Source: Candidatus Kerfeldbacteria bacterium CG15_BIG_FIL_POST_REV_8_21_14_020_45_12 (GTDB lineage: Bacteria; Patescibacteriota; Patescibacteriia; UBA9570; XYC2-FULL-38-9). Taken from it: a stretch of 64,000 nucleotides of DNA. Location: positions 13,589-77,588 of the forward strand of contig PFGC01000037.1 of NCBI GenBank assembly GCA_002781785.1, given 5' to 3'. The notes below the pieces were generated by a model, which worked only from the letters and a program-made list of their open reading frames with translations, was not told where the DNA came from and did no database searches. Positions 10,454 to 18,949 of this stretch are shown here, piece by piece (the first letter of the stretch is position 1; each line of letters opens with the position of its first letter). The position numbers were made by a program, and so were the translations under genes.

Positions 10454-11056
10454 TTAGATATTTTGGCGACCAGACATGGCATTTCCCAGTGTGATCTCAT
10501 CGGCAAACTCAATGTTTCCACCCATTGGGAGTCCACGAGCAATTTTAGTAATCTGAATTGAAGATTGATCCTTCAGTTGTTTCGCGATAAAAGCCGCAGT
10601 TGTTTCACCTTCCATGTCAGGATTTGTTGCCAGAATAATTTCAGTAACTCCGCCGCTAGCTACACGTGTTAGTAGTTCTTTAATGCGGAGTTGATCTGGC
10701 CCAGTGCCGTGTGCGTGATCTATAACACCGCCGAGTACGTGATAGACACCAGAGTAGGTGCCGGTTTTTTCGAACGCCATGACATCTTTGGGCTCGGCTA
10801 CAACGCAGATTATTTGTTTACTCCTTTCTGGATTTTCGCAGATTCCACAAAAATCATTTTCAGACACAGTGAAGCAGTCGGAACATAGTCTGATGGTATC
10901 CTTCAGTTCGTGAAGGCTACGAGCTAAGGCTTCGATTTCTGCAGTGGGTTGACGAAGCAAGTGAAAAACAAAACGTTCACTGGTTTTACTGCCAATGCCA
11001 GGTAGTTTATTAAACTCCCTAATTAAGCGTTGAATTGGTAGAGGTATTGAACGCAT
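10454..11056 (-). CDS. recR: Recombination protein RecR
   Basis: LPGIGSKT, C4 zinc finger, YHVLGG, ILATNPDMEGETTA. Confidence 0.97.
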   Translation of the reverse strand: MRSIPLPIQRLIREFNKLPGIGSKTSERFVFHLLRQPTAEIEALARSLHELKDTIRLCSDCFTVSENDFCGICENPERSKQIICVVAEPKDVMAFEKTGTYSGVYHVLGGVIDHAHGTGPDQLRIKELLTRVASGGVTEIILATNPDMEGETTAAFIAKQLKDQSSIQITKIARGLPMGGNIEFADEITLGNAMSGRQNI

Positions 11057-11090
11057 AGGCAAAAAAACCGGGGTGAAGCCGGTTTCTGTT

Positions 11091-11396
11091 TTAGCCGAGA
11101 CTACTCATGTCTGGCATTTGGAGTTCTCCAGACTTGATCTTTTGTAACATGACGCGCTGAAGTTTTTTCATGGCGTTTTCAATGGCTTCTTTAACGCCAG
11201 CCTCTACTTTTGTTTTATTTTCAGGTGAGAAAAGTGAGGCATCGATGTCGATCGAAAGGATCTTTTGATTGCCATCCATAACTACACCGATAAGGCCGCC
11301 TACGGCATCGGCGTGTACTGTCTCCTTTTCTAGAACACCCTGGGCTGTCTTAGCGGTATCGCGTAAATCTTTGTACTGTTTGAGTTTTTGAAACAT
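11091..11396 (-). CDS. ybaB: YbaB/EbfC nucleoid-associated protein
   Basis: GGLIGVVMDGNQKILSIDID; directly upstream of recR. Confidence 0.85.
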   Translation of the reverse strand: MFQKLKQYKDLRDTAKTAQGVLEKETVHADAVGGLIGVVMDGNQKILSIDIDASLFSPENKTKVEAGVKEAIENAMKKLQRVMLQKIKSGELQMPDMSSLG

Positions 11397-11459
11397 ATCA
11401 GCTGTTATCGAATAATTGATGCTTATTGTATCGGTTTTAACCAATTTTGCAAGTCAGGG

Positions 11460-12866
11460 CTAGAAGGCCTCTGGTGGTGGGGGAGGAGGAGTACTGCCTG
11501 GGCCAAAGCGTCGTTCTAGGTTTTTGAAGGATGCTTTTTCACCATCGAAGAATAATTCTACCTGGCCAGTTGGACCATTTCGATGCTTGGCAATGAGAAT
11601 GTCAGCAATATTCTTTCGTTCGCTATCTCGTTTGTAATATTCTTCACGATAAATAAACATGACTACATCGGCGTCCTGCTCAATGGCTCCTGATTCACGC
11701 AAATGAGACAGTTTTGGGATTGGAGGGGACAGCTGTTCAACGGCACGAGACAACTGAGACAGAGCCAGGATTGGAATGTTCAATTCACGAGCGATAGATT
11801 TAAGACCACGTGAAATTTCTGCAATTTGTTGAACACGATTATCTGCGCTAGCACCACCAGCGTGACCTTCCATTAATTGTAGGTAATCGACAATCAAGAA
11901 GCCGATACCGTGTTCCATTTGAAGGCGACGCGCCTTTGTCCTAATTTCCATGATGTTCATATTGGCTGAATCATCAATAAACAAAGGAGCTTCCGCTAAC
12001 GCACCCATTGCCCGACCGATGCTGGAAAAATCCTCGTCGTTTTGTAACTTGCCAGTGCGCATTTTCCAAAGATCAACACCAGCCTCAGCGCAAAGCATAC
12101 GATCTCCCAGTTGATCTTTGCTCATTTCCAAAGATACAATTGCGGTTGGAACCTTTTCATTCACGGCGACGTGGCGGGCTAAGTCTAAGGCTAAACCAGT
12201 CTTACCCATAGAAGGTCTGGCCGCCAAGACAATCAGGTCTGACTTCTGGAAGCCTCCTAGCATATCGTCTAGGGCTGCGAAGCCAGTCGGGACGCCGCGT
12301 AGTTTTCCCTCATTACGGTGAATTTCATCTAGCCTATCAAAGGCGTCAGTCAGGACTGAGTGCAGGGGTACAAAATTTTGGCGCATGAATTTTTGAGAAA
12401 CCCCAAAGAGTGACTGCTCAGATTTGTCTAGCAGGTTCTCCACTGAATCATTTTCTTCTTGTCCAAAATTAACGATGTTGTGGCCGGCTTTAATTAAGCG
12501 CCTTAGTGTGGCCTTTTGCTGAACAATGCGGGCGTAATGAAGAATATTACTGGCGGTTGGGACTGAATTTGCTAGCGATGCCAAAAAAGCGCGTCCACCA
12601 ATATCTTCAAGTAGATTACGATCACTCAGCTTGCCGGCCAGTGATAAGGCGTCGACTGGCTCACGTTTGCTGTATAGTTCACTGATCGAATCAAAGATAA
12701 GGCGGTGTTTTTCAGCGTAAAAATCGTCGGCTGTGATTAAGTCGGCGATCTTAATCATGGCGTCTTGATCAATCAAAATAGAGCCCAATACAGCTTCTTC
12801 TGCTTCTCGGTTGTGTGGCGGTACATTCTTGAGTTCTTCCGCAGACGGTTGGTTTGTGGTGTCCAT
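11460..12866 (-). CDS. dnaB: Replicative DNA helicase
   Basis: PPHNREAEEAVLG, AARPSMGKT, VDYLQLM, LRESGAIEQDAD, KHRNGPTG; no intein. Confidence 0.98.
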   Translation of the reverse strand: MDTTNQPSAEELKNVPPHNREAEEAVLGSILIDQDAMIKIADLITADDFYAEKHRLIFDSISELYSKREPVDALSLAGKLSDRNLLEDIGGRAFLASLANSVPTASNILHYARIVQQKATLRRLIKAGHNIVNFGQEENDSVENLLDKSEQSLFGVSQKFMRQNFVPLHSVLTDAFDRLDEIHRNEGKLRGVPTGFAALDDMLGGFQKSDLIVLAARPSMGKTGLALDLARHVAVNEKVPTAIVSLEMSKDQLGDRMLCAEAGVDLWKMRTGKLQNDEDFSSIGRAMGALAEAPLFIDDSANMNIMEIRTKARRLQMEHGIGFLIVDYLQLMEGHAGGASADNRVQQIAEISRGLKSIARELNIPILALSQLSRAVEQLSPPIPKLSHLRESGAIEQDADVVMFIYREEYYKRDSERKNIADILIAKHRNGPTGQVELFFDGEKASFKNLERRFGPGSTPPPPPPEAF

Positions 12867-12989
12867 TTTTCCTTTGGTAATAGGAGATTTATTGTACAGA
12901 AAAAGCTGGTTTGAAGCGAGGGTCACAAGTCACAAGATGTCCCTTTGTTATCCACGTTATTATCCCCTTAAATCAGCGGGTGCATTCCG

Positions 12990-13018
12990 TTGACATAGAG
13001 TTTATCGGGTGATATGTT
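12990..13018 (+). promoter_or_regulatory. sigma70-type promoter of tRNA-Lys
   Basis: TTGACA-17-TATGTT with TG extension. Confidence 0.7.
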
Positions 13019-13036
13019 AAGAGCCGGTTTTTATAT

Positions 13037-13109
13037 GGGACGTTAGCTCAGTTGGTAGAGCAGCAGCCTTTTAAGCTGATGGTCGCAGGTTCAATCCCTG
13101 CACGTCCCA
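13037..13109 (+). tRNA. tRNA-Lys(TTT), CCA not encoded
   Basis: Acceptor GGGACGT/ACGTCCC, D arm GCTC/GAGC, anticodon loop CTTTTAA, T loop TTCAATC; followed by hairpin agcgcc-ttcg-ggcgct-ttt. Confidence 0.95.
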
Positions 13110-13176
13110 CAATAGCGCCTTCGGGCGCTTTTATGTTGAATTTATAGATAGATATTGTTATACTCTTCAGCAGATT

Positions 13177-13365
13177 ATGTCTAAAACCAAAGATTTAATG
13201 GATGAGGTTGACGATCTAGGCCAAGATCTCACCAAGGGAGCTATGCTTAGCCGAGCACTGGGGGTTGCCTTTGCAGTTTTCTTTTTCGCAGTTTTTTTAT
13301 TTATTGGAGTGGTTGTGTTATTTGCTAAGTTAGCAACTAAAATTGGTCCTGGCGGAGCTCAGTAG
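13177..13365 (+). CDS. Small single-TM hypothetical protein (62 aa)
   Basis: TG-TATACT just upstream; acidic N-terminus then a long hydrophobic stretch. Confidence 0.6.
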   Translation: MSKTKDLMDEVDDLGQDLTKGAMLSRALGVAFAVFFFAVFLFIGVVVLFAKLATKIGPGGAQ

Positions 13366-13437
13366 GTTTGGTTGGATTTGTATTGTGAGCGCTGCGGCGC
13401 TTGATTTTTTTGGCTAGAAATGGTATGATGATCGATA

Positions 13438-16134
13438 ATGAGTGATTCAATGAAAACTTTTTACGACTTATCAGCTGAAGAGGCCTTGAAGCTTTTTAAT
13501 TGCACTGAAGTTGGGCTAGATGAGGAGGTTATTGAGCAGCGTCTGATTAAGTACGGACGAAACGTGCTTCCAGAGCCAGCTAGCACTCCTTGGTTTGTGC
13601 TGCTCTTTAATCAAGTTAAGAGCTTTTTGATAATTTTATTAATTGTTGCGGCTATTGTCAGTTATATACTTGGAGACACAGCTGATGCCATGATTATTAT
13701 TGTCGCTGTAGTAATAAACATGGTGGTTGGTTTTATTCAGGAGTGGAAAGCTGAAAAGTCAGTGGAGGCTTTACGTCGAGTGATTGCTCAGCAAGCTAAG
13801 GTTAGGCGGGGAGGAAAAGAGGCTTTAATTCCAGTCGAGCAGTTGGTACCGGGAGATATATTATTGCTTGATGCTGGAGACAAGGTTCCGGCGGACGCTA
13901 GATTATTGAAGTTAAATGATTTCACGACGAATGAGGCTCCCTTAACTGGAGAATCTAATGAGGTAGTAAAGTCACTTGAAAAAATTGATGCTAGCGCGGT
14001 AATAGGGGATCGAGTGAATATGGTCTTTTTGGGGACGACTGTTTTACAAGGGTCCGCTGAAGCGGTGGTGACACACACAGGCGTCAATACTGAAATTGGT
14101 AAAATTGCTGCCTTGCTCGATAAAGCTGATTCAGGAGAAACTCCACTGCAAAAAAAATTAGATAGATTTGCTCGTGGAGTTGGTATCGCAGTTATTTTGA
14201 TTTGTGTTGCTCTGTTTATTGTAGGTGTGCTAGTTGGGATGGACCCCTTAGAAATATTTACTATATCAGTAGCGGTAGCTGTTTCAGCCATACCTGAAGG
14301 CTTGGTAGTGGCGGTTACGGTAATTTTGGCTCTTGGCATGCAGCGAATATTAAAGCGCAACGCCTTGGTTAGAAATTTACAAGCTGCTGAGACTTTGGGA
14401 TCAACGAGTGTTATTTGTACAGATAAGACCGGCACAATTACAGAAGGGAAGATGGAAGTTGTGTCAGTGGTTACGGCCAAGCAAGAATTTCAGGATCTTC
14501 ATCATGTGAGAAGAAATGATCCAACGGAGCTTAGTGAACTTATTTTTGCAGTGCAACTTGGCATGCTCTGTAATGATGCTCATGTTACTGAAAATGATTC
14601 TGGCTTGAAAGATTCAATTATAGTTGGAAATCTTACTGAGCAGGCTCTGCTTAGGGCCGGCATGGCCGTAGGCATTGATCATGTGATATTAAAAAGTGAG
14701 GAGCCTCGCATATCTACAATACCGTTCAATTCGAAAAATAAGTTTATGGCGACCCTCCATAAACACCCAGAGCTTGGAAAACGTATTTACATGAAGGGTG
14801 CGCCAGAAAAAATTGTGGCTATGTCAACGCAGGTCAGGTCCGGAGAGCAGGCGATTGCTTTTGATGACGAGATGAAGAGTAAATTTGAAAATGAGTTTGA
14901 GAAATGTTCTCGCAAGGGTTTAAGAATTTTGGGGTTAGCATATAAAAATGTTTTAGAATCAACTGAGGAGATAGCTGAGCAAGATTGCACTGATATGATT
15001 TTTGCTGGTTTTGTGGGGATTAAAGATCCACTTCGTCCTAATATAGCTGAAACTTTTGCTAAAACTAAAGCTGCTGGTATTCGTACAGTGATGATCACCG
15101 GTGATCACAAATTAACGGCTCAGGCTATCGCTGCTGAAGTAGGTTTATTGGTTGAGGATAAAAATATCCTAACGGGTGATGAGTTGCATGCCATGACACA
15201 GGAAGAGTTAAATAGTCGAGTAGAAGATATTACGGTTTATGCGCGTGTGTCTCCAGAAGACAAACTTAATATTATCAATGCTTGGAAATCACGCGGTAAA
15301 GTGGTAGCTATGACAGGTGATGGTGTGAATGATTCGCCGGCTCTCAAAACTGCCTCGATTGGAGTGGCGCTGGGGTCTGGTACTGACGTGGCTAAAGAGG
15401 CGGCTGACATTGTTTTATTGGATGATAGATTTGAAACCATTGTAGCGGCAGTAGAGGAGGGTAGGGGTATTTTTGATAATATCCGCAAAGTAGTTTTATT
15501 TTTGATGTCGGATTCCTTTTCTGAGGTTGTGGTTATTTCTTTTGCGATAATGTTGGGACTTCCAGTGCCGTTGACGGCTGCTCAAATTCTTTGGATAAAT
15601 TTAGTGAGTGATGGTTTTCCGAGTGTTGCATTAACAGTTGATCCCAAAGACGAGGGTATCATGGATGAGCCGCCGAGATCGTTGCGTGAGTCAGTTTTAA
15701 ATAATGAGATGAAGATATTGATTTTTATAATTAGTGTAGTGACAGGAATTTTAAACATATTGGTTTTTTGGTATTACTTGAAGACGACCAATAATCTTGA
15801 GTTATCTCGCTCTGTAGTATTTCTGAGCTTGTCTATAGACTCTTTGATTTATGTATTTTCGATTCGACAGTTACGCCGACCTTTGTTTAGCCGAGGCATT
15901 TTTAAAAACCGTTGGTTATTATTGGGCGTCGCAGCATCATTTTTTATTCAGTTATCAGCCTTCTATGTACCGCCGTTATCTCGATTGATGAAAACAGTAC
16001 CATTAGGTTTGCGTGACTGGGGTGTAGCTATAACTATAGCCACACTTGTAATTATGGTAACTGAGATAATAAAGTATATTTTCAATAGAAGACATCGTCG
16101 AACTAATTATAAAAATAGATCAGCACTGGCATGA
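13438..16134 (+). CDS. Cation-transporting P-type ATPase (P2, Ca2+-type)
   Basis: LTGES, IPEGL, DKTGT, KGAPE, MITGD, GDGVND, QILWINL. Confidence 0.95.
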   Translation: MSDSMKTFYDLSAEEALKLFNCTEVGLDEEVIEQRLIKYGRNVLPEPASTPWFVLLFNQVKSFLIILLIVAAIVSYILGDTADAMIIIVAVVINMVVGFIQEWKAEKSVEALRRVIAQQAKVRRGGKEALIPVEQLVPGDILLLDAGDKVPADARLLKLNDFTTNEAPLTGESNEVVKSLEKIDASAVIGDRVNMVFLGTTVLQGSAEAVVTHTGVNTEIGKIAALLDKADSGETPLQKKLDRFARGVGIAVILICVALFIVGVLVGMDPLEIFTISVAVAVSAIPEGLVVAVTVILALGMQRILKRNALVRNLQAAETLGSTSVICTDKTGTITEGKMEVVSVVTAKQEFQDLHHVRRNDPTELSELIFAVQLGMLCNDAHVTENDSGLKDSIIVGNLTEQALLRAGMAVGIDHVILKSEEPRISTIPFNSKNKFMATLHKHPELGKRIYMKGAPEKIVAMSTQVRSGEQAIAFDDEMKSKFENEFEKCSRKGLRILGLAYKNVLESTEEIAEQDCTDMIFAGFVGIKDPLRPNIAETFAKTKAAGIRTVMITGDHKLTAQAIAAEVGLLVEDKNILTGDELHAMTQEELNSRVEDITVYARVSPEDKLNIINAWKSRGKVVAMTGDGVNDSPALKTASIGVALGSGTDVAKEAADIVLLDDRFETIVAAVEEGRGIFDNIRKVVLFLMSDSFSEVVVISFAIMLGLPVPLTAAQILWINLVSDGFPSVALTVDPKDEGIMDEPPRSLRESVLNNEMKILIFIISVVTGILNILVFWYYLKTTNNLELSRSVVFLSLSIDSLIYVFSIRQLRRPLFSRGIFKNRWLLLGVAASFFIQLSAFYVPPLSRLMKTVPLGLRDWGVAITIATLVIMVTEIIKYIFNRRHRRTNYKNRSALA

Positions 16135-16904
16135 GAGTTACTAAACAGGATATTTTCAACGTTAAAACTCAGTTGCAGCAGGAGATTCAGCAATATGAAA
16201 AGCAGTTGCAAGAGTTAATTGTTAAGCAGGGCATGATTACCAAGGTGGCTGAGTTAGCTCAATCAATTTTGGAATACAATGAACTAGAGCGAAATATTGG
16301 TGATCGAACCTATATTTTTGCATTACTGTCTTCCCCTCCAGAGTCGCTGAGGAACCCTTTGGTGAAGTCTAATTTATTTTCCTATATTGAGGCCGCTGAA
16401 ACGGTCAGTGTTGAGTTGGTTGATTTTTTGTTAAATGATTTTATTCAGCAGATCAAATTTGATATTCAAAATGGTGAAGATGATGACCCTGGCTTGGTTC
16501 AAGCTGAGTATAAAGAGTACATTATTCCAGGTAAAATAATCGCCGAGAGATTTGATGAAATCGAACCCTTACTCGAAGAGATGAACCGTTTCTGTAAAGT
16601 GCTTCAGCCTAACTATGATGCCAATGAGGCTCAAACGGTTTTAGAGTATGGAATTCGTAAGTCAATATCGGCAGACACTAGAATGGATCCAACACTTCAT
16701 TTATTAAAGGAGGTTAAGTTACAATATTTAACACCAGAAGCACGGGCAAGATTAGTGGATGAGGTTGAGGAGCATTTGGCCATAATTAGATTTGAGGTGG
16801 CGAAGGATCAGAATATTGCTATGGATAAGGCCATCACAATGCTGGAGGCAAGAGAGATGAATCATGGAATTCCTGATTCTGCACCAACTCCGCCGCAAAG
16901 TTAA
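16131..16904 (+). CDS. Hypothetical acidic helical protein
   Basis: 257-aa ORF, ATGA overlap with the ATPase stop. Confidence 0.7.
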   Translation: MRVTKQDIFNVKTQLQQEIQQYEKQLQELIVKQGMITKVAELAQSILEYNELERNIGDRTYIFALLSSPPESLRNPLVKSNLFSYIEAAETVSVELVDFLLNDFIQQIKFDIQNGEDDDPGLVQAEYKEYIIPGKIIAERFDEIEPLLEEMNRFCKVLQPNYDANEAQTVLEYGIRKSISADTRMDPTLHLLKEVKLQYLTPEARARLVDEVEEHLAIIRFEVAKDQNIAMDKAITMLEAREMNHGIPDSAPTPPQS

Positions 16905-16914
16905 CAAAATATAT

Positions 16915-17340
16915 ATGGGCGATAAAGTTGTTCGATTCGACTTTGTGAAAAAACGTCGCTTAGAGCCAGGTGAGCCTGATGTTGAAGAATTTGCTAAACC
17001 GGAGCCAGTGTTGGATACGGAGCCACACCCTCAATCGAGTCCTGATGCCAGCATTAAAAGAGAGCGCTCAGGGGTGGTGCCGCCTGAAGATAGATTTGAT
17101 TTTGAAAGGCTGATTGCTACCTTAAACGGTTTAGCGGCTTTGCGTGAGGCCAGTGGCATTGCTCGTCGGCCAGACAGAGTGATGACCAGGCACGCTGCCG
17201 CTCAAATGGATGGATGGACAGTAGGGGAATTATGGCGTGCCATCAATCAGGGAAATGAACGAGATTGGGCTAAGCAGCCATCATATTACGATGCTGTGAT
17301 TGAAGAGCTGACACGACGAGGTTTATTGCCTACGCGTTAG
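16915..17340 (+). CDS. Hypothetical protein
   Basis: ORF filling the gap to asnS; ATG at 16915 avoids overlap with the upstream gene. Confidence 0.65.
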   Translation: MGDKVVRFDFVKKRRLEPGEPDVEEFAKPEPVLDTEPHPQSSPDASIKRERSGVVPPEDRFDFERLIATLNGLAALREASGIARRPDRVMTRHAAAQMDGWTVGELWRAINQGNERDWAKQPSYYDAVIEELTRRGLLPTR

Positions 17341-17402
17341 AGCGTTGTCAAATTGAAAAACTGGTGATACTCTTGGGTCTCATTCATTGAGTTATTTGTT
17401 TT

Positions 17403-18746
17403 ATGCATGTATTTATTAAAGATTTTGGTGCGCACGTCGACGAAGAGGTAGTAGTACGAGGGTGGGTTTATAATATGCGCTCTTCCGGAAAGATCGCCTT
17501 TTTGCAGCTGAGAGATGGTTCTGGCTTTACCCAAGCCATTGTTTCTCAACATGACGCACCTGAGCCAGTTTGGGAGGCGGTCGGCACGCTGACTATTGAG
17601 ACATCTGTCGAAATTTCTGGGGTGGTCTCAAAGCACCCAAAAAAGGAAGAGTATGAATTGCAGGTTCGTGACGTGAAGGTTTTGCATTTAGCAGAAGAGT
17701 ATCCCATTGGAAAAAAAGAGCACGGTCCGGATTTCTTGTTGAATAATCGACATCTCTGGTTACGTGCCCCAAGGCAGTGGGCAATTCAACGGATTCGTCA
17801 CACGATTTTTTACGCGATTCATGAGCATCTGGCTAGCGAAGGGTTTACGCGATTTGATACTCCTATTCTAACACCGACTTCGTGTGAGGATACCACGGAG
17901 TTGTTTGAAATGGATTATTTCCCAAAGGAAAATAGTGGTACCTCAGAGCTATCTGAAGATGGCACAGAGATGAGCGTGCACGATAAGGCGTATCTTACCC
18001 AAAGTGGCCAGTTGTATTCTGAGGCAGCTATTTTCTCTCTTGGTCGGGTCTTTGATTTTGGGCCGGTCTTTCGAGCAGAGAAATCAAAAACTCGGCGTCA
18101 TCTGACGGAATTTTGGATGATGGATGCCGAGATTGCTTTTGCTGATTGGAAAGAAAACATGGATGTTCAAGAGAGAATGGTGCAAGCTATTATTAAGACC
18201 GTGCTCGAGCGCAATCAACAGGAATTACAGATTTTAGAGAGAGACACTAGCAAACTTGAGGCCTGCCTAGTACCATTTGCACGCATGACCCATGCAGAGG
18301 CAGTAGCAAAGTTACAGAGCATGGGTTCTGATATCCAACCAGATCAGGATATGGGTGCCGATGATGAAACTATGCTAATGCAAGAGTTCACTACGCCACT
18401 CTTTATTGAAAAGTACCCAGCCAAGGTGAAGGCTTTTTATATGAAGCCTGACCCAGAAGATTCCTCGCGCGTCTTATGTTCTGACCTACTTGCTCCAGAA
18501 GGATATGGAGAGGTAATTGGTGGTTCTGAGCGTATTGCTGATTATGATTTGTTGGTAGCTAAAATGGCTGAGTTCAATTTAGATCGCAAACCATTTGAGT
18601 GGTATTTGGATCTTCGCCGCTATGGTTCTGTGCCACACGCTGGTTTTGGAATTGGACTGGAACGTACGGTAGCTTGGATTTGTGGGTTAAAACATGTCCG
18701 TGAAACCATTCCTTTTCCACGAATGATTAATCGGTTGACTCCGTAG
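17403..18746 (+). CDS. asnS: Asparagine--tRNA ligase
   Basis: RHLWLR, YLTQSGQLY, FRAEKSKTRRHLTEFW, WYLDLRRYGSVPHAGFGIGLER. Confidence 0.97.
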   Translation: MHVFIKDFGAHVDEEVVVRGWVYNMRSSGKIAFLQLRDGSGFTQAIVSQHDAPEPVWEAVGTLTIETSVEISGVVSKHPKKEEYELQVRDVKVLHLAEEYPIGKKEHGPDFLLNNRHLWLRAPRQWAIQRIRHTIFYAIHEHLASEGFTRFDTPILTPTSCEDTTELFEMDYFPKENSGTSELSEDGTEMSVHDKAYLTQSGQLYSEAAIFSLGRVFDFGPVFRAEKSKTRRHLTEFWMMDAEIAFADWKENMDVQERMVQAIIKTVLERNQQELQILERDTSKLEACLVPFARMTHAEAVAKLQSMGSDIQPDQDMGADDETMLMQEFTTPLFIEKYPAKVKAFYMKPDPEDSSRVLCSDLLAPEGYGEVIGGSERIADYDLLVAKMAEFNLDRKPFEWYLDLRRYGSVPHAGFGIGLERTVAWICGLKHVRETIPFPRMINRLTP

Positions 18747-18763
18747 CTTAGATAGGTTAGAGT
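18735..18763 (+). promoter_or_regulatory. sigma70 promoter for the aspS leader
   Basis: TTGACT(18735-40)-17-TAGAGT(18758-63); predicted +1 falls on or next to the ATG at 18770. Confidence 0.7.
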
Positions 18764-18769
18764 CGCTTT

Positions 18770-18835
18770 ATGAAATTTTGCGTGAACAATAATGACAACA
18801 ACGATACCCAGCTCCAGCTGGTTCCGTTGTCGTAG
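18770..18835 (+). CDS. Asn/Asp-rich attenuator leader peptide MKFCVNNNDNNDTQLQLVPLS (21 aa)
   Basis: Seven consecutive Asn/Asp codons (AAC AAT AAT GAC AAC AAC GAT) overlapping alternative hairpins upstream of aspS. Confidence 0.8.
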   Translation: MKFCVNNNDNNDTQLQLVPLS

Positions 18836-18858
18836 TGACTCACGACAGATAGTAGACG

Positions 18859-18890
18859 GACCGGCCTAAGGAGCCGGTCGTTTTCTTTCT
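18859..18890 (+). terminator. Attenuator terminator upstream of aspS
   Basis: GACCGGC-ctaagga-GCCGGTC-gttttctttct. Confidence 0.8.
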
Positions 18891-18949
18891 AGGAGCAGAC
18901 GTCAGACCAAAAAATATGCTATTCTACTAACAAGAATTCAACACTATTT

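Noticed and set aside
13788-15488. Antisense ORFs within the P-type ATPase (similar ones occur in dnaK, gap and ribosomal protein genes)
   Set aside because: Codon-mirror shadows of well-supported sense genes.
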